The notes under the pieces are model-generated. The model ran no database searches. It saw nothing but the letters and a program-made list of their open reading frames with translations, and was not told the DNA's origin. A program made the position numbers and the translations under genes. This document shows positions 1 through 10,135 of a stretch of DNA of 64,000 bases, in pieces. The first letter of the stretch is position 1, and each line of letters starts with the position of its first letter. The stretch is from an uncultured delta proteobacterium. Lineage in GTDB: Bacteria > Desulfobacterota > Binatia > UBA9968. The stretch is taken from NCBI GenBank assembly GCA_963755715.1, contig CAVWLW010000064.1, forward strand, positions 114,559 to 178,558. The letters run 5' to 3'.

Positions 1-141
1 CTTCGCGGTAAACTAATCGATTCGGCACGTTCTAGAGGCAATATAATCCGCGAGCGGCTCGCGGGTAAGAACGTTTAAATATTCGGGGACAAACTCAATT
101 TTACCCCAATCACTGCTCTCGCAGGCGAACATCTCGACAAG

Positions 142-1488
142 TTAGAGCGAATCCAGGAATGCTAACAATTGATTTTTCTGCGCCTCGGATAGGGCGTTGT
201 AATTCTTCGTCACCTCTGCCGCCTGCCCGGCATGACGCTGGATGGCGTCCTGTTTGGTGAACGACAAGCCATCGTGCATCAACCGATTGCGAGTCCGTAG
301 CGCCCACAACGGGGCAGTTCGGATCTGATTGGCGGTTGTCGCATATTCGGGCAAAGGCAGAACGGGTATGCCGTCGCCCGTGCCGATGTTGTGCAACAAG
401 AAATCGCTGTAAGGATGGATGATCTTGTTGCCGAGCGCGGCTGGCACAGTCAACACACCGCCGTTGATCTTCGCGCCCGGACGCGCCGTGGTGATGGAAG
501 AAGTATGGCAAACGGCGCAGCCAACTTTGTTAAACAACGCTTCTCCTGCGAGCACGTCAGCCGACAACGGCCCTCGCGGGGGCGCCTTGGTAGAGCGCAT
601 AAAGTCAGCGAAGGCCACAACATCCTCACCATCGTCCTCGGGGTCAGCAACCGGATCATATCCCGAACCCGAACCGACAAAGCGGCCATTGGAGGTGTTC
701 TCATCCGGAAACAAAGGTGTGGTAATACCCATTTCGTTGAGGTAAGCGTCGGCGGAAAATGATTCTAGGCTGGCATGCTGACCTTTCCAGCCAAAGCGCC
801 CGATGCGGGCACGGCTCCCCGCTTCGAGCACGGGAACCATAACGGCGGTACCGCGCATCCCTGCAGGTTGTTTGTCTCGAATCGCAAGCAGAGTGCTATT
901 CGCAATGGCCTCTACGAAGCCGTTGCCAAGGGTATTTGTCGAGATACGGAAACTCCGGATAGAATCCGCGGGGGTGATTTGCTCGACGATATCAGGATAA
1001 GTAGCGCGCGAGTGGATAAGAGTTCCGCCCAGGGATTCAAAGAACTGACCGTTCTCTGTGCGCCCGGATCGCAGCTCCGCTACCTGGCTGGCGCCTCCTG
1101 TGACGACGTTCTGGTGGCACTCTCTACAGCTCTGTGCGTTATAGGTGGGACCGAGTCCATCTTGAATCGTCTCAACCTCCTCGAAAATGAAACGGTTATC
1201 GTTAAACGAACGGAGCGCTACGACATTGTCCGCATTCAGTGTTTCGAAAGGAGCCCCTTGCTCAGTGAAGCCGTTGGTCAGGTTGTCAAAACCGGTCGGC
1301 GCCTCCGTCGCGTCGCTTTTCGGGTCACCAACGACGGAGCGATCTTCGTCTTCCATCACGCCGTTATGACGGAATCGATCTCCGCGGTTCTGGCGGTTTG
1401 CTTGAGAGAATACGTTTTGACTTTGCAGAATGAGAAACCCGACTAACCCCAGAACCATCAACATCAGAACCATTAATTTTGTGTACAT
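142..1488 (-). CDS. Exported di-heme c-type cytochrome, DHOR/DUF1111 (di-heme oxidoreductase) family
   Basis: N-terminal hydrophobic signal; two CxxCH motifs (SCRECHQ, GCAVCHT); family-typical GLGPTYN, GRFGWK, YSDFLLH, TAPLW and MHDG motifs. Confidence 0.85.
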   Translation of the reverse strand: MYTKLMVLMLMVLGLVGFLILQSQNVFSQANRQNRGDRFRHNGVMEDEDRSVVGDPKSDATEAPTGFDNLTNGFTEQGAPFETLNADNVVALRSFNDNRFIFEEVETIQDGLGPTYNAQSCRECHQNVVTGGASQVAELRSGRTENGQFFESLGGTLIHSRATYPDIVEQITPADSIRSFRISTNTLGNGFVEAIANSTLLAIRDKQPAGMRGTAVMVPVLEAGSRARIGRFGWKGQHASLESFSADAYLNEMGITTPLFPDENTSNGRFVGSGSGYDPVADPEDDGEDVVAFADFMRSTKAPPRGPLSADVLAGEALFNKVGCAVCHTSSITTARPGAKINGGVLTVPAALGNKIIHPYSDFLLHNIGTGDGIPVLPLPEYATTANQIRTAPLWALRTRNRLMHDGLSFTKQDAIQRHAGQAAEVTKNYNALSEAQKNQLLAFLDSL

Positions 1489-1751
1489 AGTTTCTTTTGC
1501 AACGAGCGCCGTGGGCGACGCTCCTCCATCGATCTTTTCATTAGGCGCTTATTTCCTGCGAAAACTCTTATCGGGTGCGACTGCTCAGCGAGATCAGCGT
1601 CTCGCGTGCCCCTTGTGCGATTGCAGCGTCCGTGGACACGTGCGCTCGGCCGGCGAAAGGCCAGTATAGCTCTAGGTTCACCAGCACTGGCTCACTGGGC
1701 GGGTGAGTAGCGGGTGAGTAATACTCTGCACAAAACTTTGTTCGCGGTGGG

Positions 1752-1767
1752 AGCAATGTGTATGCCA
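1752..1767 (-). promoter_or_regulatory. Putative sigma54 (-24/-12) promoter for the di-heme gene
   Basis: Minus strand reads TGGCATACACATTGCT, with GG and GC separated by the canonical 10 nt and facing the 142..1488 gene. Confidence 0.55.
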
Positions 1768-2182
1768 GCACCAATACTTTAGTATAAGAATGCGATCAGC
1801 ACATTGACGAAATCGAGGAATATTGTGCGATTTAGCCCGTTAGAAAATTCGCAAAATTATTTGTAATGATTCAATCAGCCGCAGCGGTGCTTAACTTACG
1901 AATGAAAACTCATCCGGCTTTGTATGAAGCCTCCTTCACCGATAAGCGCGAGCACGTGCAGAAACGCAGACCACTGCTACGCGAGGTACAGCGTCTTTGA
2001 CTTTCCGTCGGTCGTTCGTTTTTCTTGTACTCATTCTGGGGTCAACGATTGCGAAAGCCATACTTGGCGCGTGTGCCGTCCTTGACGGCAGTGACTGCCC
2101 TGCCCTATTTTACGCGCAACCGACTTCGACTGAATAACGATCGAAACGTTGGTGCTGTCACGCTCCCAGGAGGCGCTTCAGG

Positions 2183-3178
2183 ATGAAATTGCGATTGATC
2201 ACTTTGCTTATTTCTGTTCTCTCTTTCTTCATCTTTGGCTTCCAATATTCTTACGCTGCGGCGCCTTTGACTAAAGTGATCATGACCAGCGGATCGGTCA
2301 GCGAGAGAGAAGGAGCTATATACGTTGCGCAGGAACACGGCTTCTTTCGTAAGTACGGCGTCGACGTTTCGTTCGTGCAGGTGCGCAACGGGCCGGTAGG
2401 CATGGCCGCGCTGAGTTCCGGAGAGACACAGTTCCACTGGGGATCGGTCTCGGGCGCCAACCTCGGAGCGATCGCGGAGGGAGCCGACCTGGTTTTTGTC
2501 GCCGGTTTCATTAACCGACTCACCGGCATGTTCGTTGCCAATCCAAAAATCAAAAGCCCGGCCGAACTTAAAGGTAAGAGCATCGGCGTTAACAGCCTGA
2601 GCGGCGGCGGATGGATTTTTACCATGCTCGCGCTGGACCACTGGGGCCTTGTGCCGGAGCGGGACAAAATACAGTTCAGATCCCTCGGCGATCAATCCGT
2701 CATGGTGCAAGGCTTCATGGCCGGCACCGTAGACGCTGTGGTCGTTGGCTACGCGCACGGCAGGAACTTACAGAACAAGGGCTATCGTGTCTTGGCCGAT
2801 ATCGAAAAACTACCTATTCCGTATCAAGGATCGGGACTTCTAGCACGCCGTGGATTTATGATTTCGTCGCCAGCGACAGCGGAAAGTGTATTGAGAGGTC
2901 TGCTCGATGCGGTGGCATTCATTCGCAACCCGGCGAACAAAGCCGATGTCATGAAGGCCGTCGCCAAAGGCATGCGTCTGCCGCGCGTCGAAGATGCCGA
3001 AGAGGGCTATCACAGCATGGCCGGACTTTACGAGAAAAAGATTTATCCCAGCGTCGACGGCATCCGCAACGTCATTCGTTTGCTGGGCATGAACAACGAA
3101 AAAATCCGCCGTCTTAAAGCCGAGGATTTGGTCGACGACAGCATCGTGAGGAAATTGGAAAAAGACGGACGGTTCTAA
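2183..3178 (+). CDS. ABC transporter substrate-binding protein, NitT/TauT (SsuA/NMT1-like) family
   Basis: Signal peptide; GFFRKYGVDV and ELKGKSIGV motifs; C-terminal DDSIVRKLEKDG; AGGAGG RBS upstream. Confidence 0.9.
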   Translation: MKLRLITLLISVLSFFIFGFQYSYAAAPLTKVIMTSGSVSEREGAIYVAQEHGFFRKYGVDVSFVQVRNGPVGMAALSSGETQFHWGSVSGANLGAIAEGADLVFVAGFINRLTGMFVANPKIKSPAELKGKSIGVNSLSGGGWIFTMLALDHWGLVPERDKIQFRSLGDQSVMVQGFMAGTVDAVVVGYAHGRNLQNKGYRVLADIEKLPIPYQGSGLLARRGFMISSPATAESVLRGLLDAVAFIRNPANKADVMKAVAKGMRLPRVEDAEEGYHSMAGLYEKKIYPSVDGIRNVIRLLGMNNEKIRRLKAEDLVDDSIVRKLEKDGRF

Positions 3179-3262
3179 CCTGACAAAGGCGGAGCATCAA
3201 AATTAGCCGCGCACCATATCAGCCCCCGCGATTCGAATTGGGTGATCTGAAATCTGTTTATT

Positions 3263-3847
3263 TTACCGCGCAAGCGGCGCGTTCCAAATCATAAACGCTG
3301 GAGACTCGCGGTAGTAACCGAGGACGTTCAGCGTCGCGGTGTCGAGCAAGAAATTCTCGCCATAGTTTGCCGATAAGTTGATCCAGCGCGCCGCGAGAAC
3401 GCGGGTAAAATGTCCGTGGCCGAACAAGGCGACGTTTCCCGCTGCGGTGCGAACCTTGGTGATAACGCGATCGGCGCGCGCGCCGACCTGTTCCGGCGAC
3501 TCGCCGCCCGGACAGCCGTCGCGAAAAACCGACCAACCCGGCCGAGTCGAGCGAATCTGTTCCGTCGTGAGTCCCTCGTACTCGCCATAGTTCCACTCGA
3601 TCAAGTCGGGCTCGACATTGGCAAATTGGCCAAGCCCAGCGAGTTCGCAGGTTTCGCGGGCGCGCTGGAGCGGACTCGTGAGGACCAATGTAAAGGTCAC
3701 CTTGGCCAGAATCGGTTTGAGAAGCCGCGCGGCCATTCGTCCGTTCTCGGTCAGTGGAATATCGGTGACGCCCGTATGTTGTCCATTGAGACTCCACTCG
3801 GTTTCGCCGTGGCGCAGTAGGTAAACTTTTTGTTCCTCTGTAGACAC
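3263..3847 (-). CDS. Histidine phosphatase (phosphoglycerate mutase-like) family protein
   Basis: LLRHGETEWS, SPLQRARET, EWNYGEYEG and GHG motifs. Confidence 0.92.
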   Translation of the reverse strand: MSTEEQKVYLLRHGETEWSLNGQHTGVTDIPLTENGRMAARLLKPILAKVTFTLVLTSPLQRARETCELAGLGQFANVEPDLIEWNYGEYEGLTTEQIRSTRPGWSVFRDGCPGGESPEQVGARADRVITKVRTAAGNVALFGHGHFTRVLAARWINLSANYGENFLLDTATLNVLGYYRESPAFMIWNAPLAR

Positions 3848-4095
3848 AGGTCGATCCCGCTTGATTGCCCTTCACTCCGTTAGAAAATCCATAGCATAAT
3901 AATGCCAACTTCCGCCAAGAAAGAGCATTGGCAGCAACCCGCCTCAGTCAATGCGGATCGCCGCACAGAGACGGCGCTTGCCTCTGCCGGACGAGCAAAA
4001 TGATTTCGGCGATCATCATCGGCGTTTTCCCTCGATTGACTTTTGTTAGCGAGTTTATAATACCCAAGTTAAAAATTGTGAAGAGGCGAAGAAAA

Positions 4096-4992
4096 ATGTC
4101 GACAAAAAATTTATCGGTCACCATCGCGCGCATCGATCATGGCGTTTTGCCGTCCAACGATCTCGGCCGCGCTTTTCGTTTTTGGTCGGGCTTCATGGGC
4201 GCTCGCCTCGAGTTTCTGACGAATATGAACGCGCGCGGTCTCAATCGCGAGGTGCCGCTGATCGTCTTCTTTGCGGTCGCCAATCATCCCGGCTTCGGCA
4301 TCGCCTTGCAGGATTTTCGCTTGGCGAAGCCGGTGCGAGCGCTCGAAGGCGTGGTGTGGGCTTTCGAAGTCGCCGCCGCCGATCTCTCGGCGGCGAGTCA
4401 AGCAGCCGAAAAGCAAAAATTGGCTTGCCAGCGCATCGATTATCCTGCATCGAGCCCGCTCCAAGCATCGCTCTTCGTCCTTGATCCGGACGGCAACACC
4501 GTCGAGCTGTGCGTGAGAAAAGATCCATCGGAGCTCGCGCCGCAAGGCAACGTAGTGCCGCTTCGGCGCATCAGCCACGTGCGCATCGAGGTCACCGATC
4601 TCGATCTCGCCCGCTCGTGGTATGGCGAGACTTTCGGCTTGATCGAAGCCGATCAGGTGCCGGGCGAAGACCAGCTGACTTTGACGGTGCCGCAATCCGG
4701 GCAGTTTTTGATTTTGCGCAAAGTGGACAAGGTAGCGGAGCGCAGCACTCAGTGCTTCAAAGGACCGCACATCGACTTTCGCGCCGGCGCGGATTGTTAC
4801 GCGGAGATCTTTAAACGCTTCGACCGTCGGGAAACTTACTGGGGTCCCAATCCAAATCAAATCCCGTGGCACGAGCCCGATAGCAATACCGCGTACGGCT
4901 ATGATCCGTTCGGCAATCGCATTCAGATCGGCGTCCTCGCCCAGCGCCCGATGACGTTCGGTAACGTGAGTCACGTGGCAAGCCCCACTTGA
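4096..4992 (+). CDS. Two-domain VOC (glyoxalase/extradiol dioxygenase-like) family protein
   Basis: IDHGVLP...DPDGNTVEL and ISHVRIEVTDL...DPFGNRIQI modules; start placed at ATG 4096 after AGAGG. Confidence 0.85.
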   Translation: MSTKNLSVTIARIDHGVLPSNDLGRAFRFWSGFMGARLEFLTNMNARGLNREVPLIVFFAVANHPGFGIALQDFRLAKPVRALEGVVWAFEVAAADLSAASQAAEKQKLACQRIDYPASSPLQASLFVLDPDGNTVELCVRKDPSELAPQGNVVPLRRISHVRIEVTDLDLARSWYGETFGLIEADQVPGEDQLTLTVPQSGQFLILRKVDKVAERSTQCFKGPHIDFRAGADCYAEIFKRFDRRETYWGPNPNQIPWHEPDSNTAYGYDPFGNRIQIGVLAQRPMTFGNVSHVASPT

Positions 4993-5010
4993 CCTGATGA
5001 AATTTCACCT

Positions 5011-6012
5011 ATGACTTCTGTAATTTCACAGTTGCTCGCTGTCCTTTTCCTCCTAAGCATCGAGCAAGCGTTTTTTTTGGGCGCGAGCCGCGCGGCGTCA
5101 GCCGAAGAGAAGGTCCGTCTTTCAGTAGCTGCCGTGACCGGCAGCTACATGGATGAATTCGTCGCCATCGAAAAGGGCTACCATCGCGACGAAGGCCTGG
5201 CGGTGGAAATGATTCGGGCCGGTGGCGGCGTGGCGACGCAAGCGCTGATCGCCGGCGATCTTCACTTCAGCACCTCGGCGGGCTCGGCTCTCGGCGCCAT
5301 GCTGCGTGGTGCCGATATCAAAGTCATCTATACGAACATCGACCGCCCCGGCTACCAATTGTGGTCAGGCCAACCCGAGATCAAGACGCTAAAAGATTTG
5401 ATCGGCAAACGGGTCGGCGTCACCAGCCGTGGCGACACTCAGGAGCTCTCGGTCCGGCTGCTTCTGCGAAAGCACGGCCTTGACGCTAACTCGGTCGCCT
5501 ATGTTCCCGTCGGCTTCGGCGCGACTCGGCTCGCCGCGCTGCAGACCGGCACGGTCGACGCCGTGCCTCTCGGCGCCGGGGATTTCGCGCAGTTGAAACA
5601 ACCGAAGGGCCATATGCTCGGGGACGCGGAAAAAGAAATCCGTTTCGCCTACGTCGGTCTGGCCGTGCCAAGCCGACTGTTGGCGCGCAATCCAAACCTA
5701 GTCGAGCGTTTTCTCCGCGGCGTGATTAAAGGACGGGAATATGCGCGCCGCTATCGCGAGCAGACGATCCCAATTATCGGCAAGTACACTCAAAGAAAGC
5801 GCGAATTCAACGAGGTGGATTACGACACGACACTTCCGGTATTGACCGCCGAAGGCTGGGTAGGCGATGAAATTCTGAAAGAAGATGTCGCCATGCGCGC
5901 CGAACTCGTCAACGTCGTAGCGCCGGCCGATTTTGCCAAGTTCTTCGATTACAGCATCGTCAAAAAAATCTACCGGGAGCTTAAGGCCTCCGGATGGAAG
6001 CCCGCGCCGTAA
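5011..6012 (+). CDS. ABC substrate-binding protein, NitT/TauT family
   Basis: Signal peptide; EKGYHRDEGL, DLIGKRVGV and FDYSIV motifs. Confidence 0.9.
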   Translation: MTSVISQLLAVLFLLSIEQAFFLGASRAASAEEKVRLSVAAVTGSYMDEFVAIEKGYHRDEGLAVEMIRAGGGVATQALIAGDLHFSTSAGSALGAMLRGADIKVIYTNIDRPGYQLWSGQPEIKTLKDLIGKRVGVTSRGDTQELSVRLLLRKHGLDANSVAYVPVGFGATRLAALQTGTVDAVPLGAGDFAQLKQPKGHMLGDAEKEIRFAYVGLAVPSRLLARNPNLVERFLRGVIKGREYARRYREQTIPIIGKYTQRKREFNEVDYDTTLPVLTAEGWVGDEILKEDVAMRAELVNVVAPADFAKFFDYSIVKKIYRELKASGWKPAP

Positions 6013-6283
6013 TCGAGCTCAGCTTGCTGTCCAACTTACCCGGATCGCTCAAAGGGTGGAATTTTCCCATCATCTCGGCGTCGATCCAAGCCATTGCCAT
6101 TTCCACCGCGTAAACTTCGGCTTGATCGATGAGTTTGAAACGGTCGGATGGACCCGACAATAATTGAATGCGCTTTATACCTTCTTCCTCCCAGCTCACG
6201 TCGGCATAAGGGATCCAACAGTCGGTGTCCAAATTCAACCGAGGCATCGTGCGAATATGGCGAGCCTTATATATTTCTTCCAA
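5981..6283 (-). CDS. Small hypothetical protein
   Basis: Protein-like composition (YK...WIP.ADVSW...F...QAE..A..WID); probable TTG start at 6283 after GGAGG; follows the lipoprotein gene; 32-bp overlap with the convergent gene. Confidence 0.5.
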   Translation of the reverse strand: MEEIYKARHIRTMPRLNLDTDCWIPYADVSWEEEGIKRIQLLSGPSDRFKLIDQAEVYAVEMAMAWIDAEMMGKFHPLSDPGKLDSKLSSITARASIRRP

Positions 6284-6325
6284 GTTCGTTGGCCCTCCGC
6301 GCCCAGCGCTTCCATCCACGGATTA

Positions 6326-7013
6326 TCAATTCCGCGGCGACAAGAAGGACAGGAGTTGGAGATTATCCGGATTGACGAACTCGCCTTCGACCCGCACCGG
6401 ATCGCCGCGCCGCAACGCGCGAAAATTATCCACATCGGCTGCTCGCGCATTGTACGGCACCGATACGGTAACCATTCTGCCGTTGCTTGGCCGGACATCG
6501 AAGACGCCCAAATTGTAATCGACTCGGTCTACCGTTCCTTCGACGACATCGGTTCTCGGGCGAGGTGGTGTTGTAGTGCGGCGCGCGACACTTGGCCCGC
6601 TGCGAGCCTGAACCGGCTCTTGAACGCGTATAGTTTCAACCAACGCGCCATTGCGCGGCGGCGTTTGATAAGCGATGCGATCGCCGGCTTCCAGATCATC
6701 TGCAATATAATCTCGGCCATGATAGATCACTCTCGTGCGATTGACATCGTAGCGCAGAACATCCCTTCGACCATCATCCGCGACGACCCGGAGCTCGCGT
6801 CGGGCTGGATCAATTTGATCGATCTCAGCCGATATTTCACCCGGTTGTAGGCGTGTGTCTTCGGCTAATGCACCTCGAACTTTGCCCGAACGAACTTCGT
6901 TCAAGCTCGGTCGCTGGACGGTCTCCACTGGAACGCAACCGGACAACGAGATTATTCCTGTCAAACAACATGGATGAAAAAACAGATGCGCCCAATCGGT
7001 TTGACAGCTTCAT
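6326..7013 (-). CDS. Hypothetical lipoprotein with two repeated beta (OB-fold-like) domains, apparent frameshift near 6965
   Basis: ATG 7013 after AGAGGAAAGGGGG gives MKLSNRLGASVFSSML, which joins TGIISLSGC (lipobox LSG-C) in the 6326..6964 frame; two similar halves (IDQIDP...LEAGDRI and VDRVDY...LRRGDPV). Confidence 0.7.
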
Positions 7014-7047
7014 AGGAACTGCCCCCTTTCCTCTAAAAGAGAACTGT

Positions 7048-7063
7048 ATCAAAGAATGTGCCA
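7048..7063 (-). promoter_or_regulatory. Possible sigma54-like promoter
   Basis: Minus strand TGGCACATTCTTTGAT has a perfect -24 box and correct spacing, but GA replaces GC at -12; about 35 nt upstream of ATG 7013. Confidence 0.35.
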
Positions 7064-7398
7064 GGGGCGCGCAATGAAACGCAGCACTGACAATCCGATG
7101 CTCCGCGGCGAATTTGACATTTTGCAACGCCGGCGGCGGATTAAATTCCCGAGTGAATTTTCTATTACACTAACGAATGTTGGGCGATTATCGGCGCCAA
7201 ATTGGATCATGAAAACGAAGACCGCTTGTATAGGAATGCGGCGATCTTCAAGCTTACCCAGTCGGATATTCCCGAAATGAATATCGGAAAAATGCCCACA
7301 CGCTAGGAGGCAAAATTCCTTCAATTCACGAGGCGGCCACGGCCGCGCGCACTGTATTTAATTAATTTGAGAGCCTGCAGAGACGGGGCTTTTGTTCG

Positions 7399-8831
7399 CT
7401 ATCTACCGGCGATTTTTTGTTCGAGAAATTCGCGCCAATCGCCGGCGACTTTCTCTTTCAGCGTGCGGCTGGCGCCGCTGACCTTGGGAAACTTTTCTTG
7501 CCACTCGTAGGGCCGGGTGGCGTCGATTATCGCGCGCGAGCTGTGGCCGACCCGATCGCGCGCGATGCGCGGGTCGAGCGGGCCGCTCCACGCGCGGCGC
7601 AGGATCTCGATCGACTCGGCCGGATCGGAACGGCTGCTGAGCGCCCACAAAAATTCTTCGGAATTGGTGATGTCGACGTCGTCGTCGACTACGACCACGT
7701 AGCGGCCCAGATACGCCCCCGAGCGGCACTGGCTCGCAATCATGCCCGCCTGGCGCGCATGACCGGGGTAGCGCTGCTTGATCGAAACAACGGTTAGAAA
7801 TCTGCCGCCGGCCGGATGGCACCACACGCCTTTGACATCGGGCACACCGGCTTCGTCCATCGCGTTCCAGATCAACGACGAGCGCATGAGCGAGAAATGC
7901 ACATTGTCGCCGCTCGATGGTTTCAATAACGGGAAGCCGCAGAGAATCGGATCGTTGCGATAGTAAATCGCTTTGATTTGGATCACCGGCACGGCCGGCT
8001 GATTGCTCGCGTAGTAACCCGTCCATTCACCGAAAGGCCCTTCGGGCATAACGTCTTCGACCCCGACTTCGCCTTCGATGGCGATCTCGGCATCGGCGGG
8101 AATCGGCAAGCCCGTGAGCGGCCCGTGAATAACTTGTAGCGGCTTACCGAGAATGCCGCCGGCGTAATCATACTCGTTGACCCGGTTGGGCACGTCGGTC
8201 GATGCCACGACGAAATTGATCGGATGGTGGCCGAATGAAACTGCGACGGGAAATGGTTTTCCCTGCGCGTGATATTTGTCCTTGTGCACGCGGCCATGCT
8301 TGCCTGGCGACATGTGCAGCGCCAGACGATCCGGGCCATGCACCATAATTCGGTAAGTGCCGACGTTCACCCAATCTTCTTCCGGGTCGCGCGTGATACC
8401 AGATCGTCGGTGCCGATGTAGCGCCCGCCGTCGAGCTCGTGCCAGCGCGGCACGGGAAACTGGAGCACGTCGATGTCTTTGCCCTGCTTGACGTTTTCGA
8501 AGAGCGGTCCGGTTCGAACCGTTTCAGCGCGAATCGGTGTAATTTTCTTCACCTGCTCGCGCCAAGCCTGGACAAAATCCATATCGCTCAGACCCGCTTT
8601 CATGCCGAGCGTCAACGCCAAACGTCCGACTGAAGAAACCAAATTCGCCGCGACCCGATAGCCTTGGGGATAATCTTTGATGCGATCGAAAACGATCGCC
8701 GGTCGCGTCCTCGAGCGCTCGTTGATGATTTCCGTAAGCGTCGACAGCTCGAGATCCCAGTGAGCGTTTTCAACGGTCATCAACTGGCCGAGTTTATCAA
8801 CGTCGCTAAGCCAAGTGCGTAGGTCTGGCAT
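7399..8831 (-). CDS. UbiD-family (prFMN-dependent) decarboxylase, split by a 1-bp deletion near 8398
   Basis: ORFs 8367..8831 and 7399..8370 rejoin as DGGRYIGTDDLV-ITRDPEEDWVNVGTYR; EGPFGEWTGYY and VVVDDDVD motifs. Confidence 0.92.
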
Positions 8832-8883
8832 ATTATTTTGTTCTTTTCCGAGTTTTGTCTCTTTGCCTTTAGAGAATTAAGAT

Positions 8884-8938
8884 TTCAAATCGTTCAATCG
8901 CTACGCTCCGTTCAAAACGTAGGGAACGGTTGGAACGG
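8884..8938. repeat. GTTCAA/TTGAAC periodic palindromic repeat (family A)
   Basis: Core gttcaatcgctacgctccgttcaa (8892-8915), followed by ggaacggttggaacgg. Confidence 0.75.
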
Positions 8939-8941
8939 CCG

Positions 8942-10036
8942 CTACTTGCTTGCTTCCGGGACCTGCGGCGTCTGCGTTGTGTGCAAGGAATTCTCCGGCT
9001 CCTCGCGATATAAACCGAAAGCCTCAACGATGGGAATATCGTTTACAGAGAAAAGAATCGCTTCTTCGCTCTTCGACCGGTTGATGTGCTCGTGCCAAGC
9101 CCAGTTGGGCAGCGCGAAAGAGTCATACTTCGACCATTCCAGCGTCTTGTCGCCGACGATGCTCGCGCCCTCGCCGCCGACGACGAAGTAGGCCGCGCTC
9201 GACGTGTGGCGATGCTTTTTCGTATGCTCGCCGGGGCGCAGCAATTGAATCCAGCAGCTGAGCGTTCGGAGCGTATGGCCGCCGGTCATCGGATTCACAT
9301 ACTCCAGCGCCACGCCGTCGTAGGGACTGCCGGCCTGATCGGCGAGCGCGCGCAGTTGCGGCTCGATATCTTTCCAGGCGTAGCGCAGCGGCAGATTTTC
9401 TTTCTTGGTGTTTTCCCATGTCGGTCGCACGGCGCCGGCGCGCTGCTGTAAATTTTCGCCGGCCTTCTCGCGAATCGTCTGAACTTTGTTGCCGGGATAG
9501 GGCTCGTAGAACGGCTGATTCAGTCCAAGCAAGAACGGCACATCCAGCGCATCCACCCAGATCGCGCTTTCTTGGGTCGGATTGCGGTGGTCGTGCCAGG
9601 TCCACTGCGGCGTGAGAATTAAATCGTAGGGCTCCATCGGGCACTTCTCGCCGTCGACGACGGTGAAAACTTTGCCGTCGCCTTTGATCACGAAGCGAAT
9701 CGCCGCCAGCGTGTGCCGGTGCGCCCAGGCCATCTCGCCGGGCTTGATCATCTGAACGCCCATCAAGAGCGTGTGCGTCGTCGCGTTGTCGTTCAGGCCC
9801 GGATTGCCGAATAGCACGCTGCGCCGCGCCGTGAAGCTTTCTTCGAGCACGTTGCACGCCTCGAGCAATTTTTCATGAACCATCGGCCACGGCCAGAGAT
9901 AGGCATCGCCGCGCGGTCGCGGCCCGCCGATGGCGCGACTGAGCAAATCTTCATAAATCCACTGGCCGGTCATGTGCACTTCGGCCAACTCCTGATTGAA
10001 TGTCTCCAATGATTTTTTCACCTGTGGCTTCGCCAT
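8942..10036 (-). CDS. Bicupin of the gentisate 1,2-dioxygenase-like family
   Basis: AHRHTLAAIRF...TPQWTWHDH and KHRHTSSA...PNWAWHEH cupin motifs; EYVNPMTG; ATG after AGGAG. Confidence 0.9.
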   Translation of the reverse strand: MAKPQVKKSLETFNQELAEVHMTGQWIYEDLLSRAIGGPRPRGDAYLWPWPMVHEKLLEACNVLEESFTARRSVLFGNPGLNDNATTHTLLMGVQMIKPGEMAWAHRHTLAAIRFVIKGDGKVFTVVDGEKCPMEPYDLILTPQWTWHDHRNPTQESAIWVDALDVPFLLGLNQPFYEPYPGNKVQTIREKAGENLQQRAGAVRPTWENTKKENLPLRYAWKDIEPQLRALADQAGSPYDGVALEYVNPMTGGHTLRTLSCWIQLLRPGEHTKKHRHTSSAAYFVVGGEGASIVGDKTLEWSKYDSFALPNWAWHEHINRSKSEEAILFSVNDIPIVEAFGLYREEPENSLHTTQTPQVPEASK

Positions 10037-10068
10037 ATCCAACTCCTATAAAAGTTAATCATGTCACA

Positions 10069-10135
10069 GTTCAAGCCGTTACGTGAGGCGGTTCTCAAGC
10101 ATTTTGAACGGCTTGAACGATTTGAACGTTTTGAA
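10069..10135. repeat. Family A repeat
   Basis: gttcaagccgtt ... ttgaacggc-ttgaacgat-ttgaacgtt-ttgaat with 9-bp period. Confidence 0.8.

Noticed and set aside
3893-3907. Sigma54-like TGGCAT...TGCT upstream of the histidine phosphatase gene
   Set aside because: Only 9 nt between GG and GC; sigma54 requires 10
4036-4061. TTGACT...TATAAT sigma70-like boxes
   Set aside because: Spacer is 14 nt, too short for a canonical pair; the -10 alone may still be real
7399-8831. Calling the gene ubiD of ubiquinone synthesis, or two separate genes
   Set aside because: Context is catabolic, and a single-base repair restores one continuous UbiD-family protein
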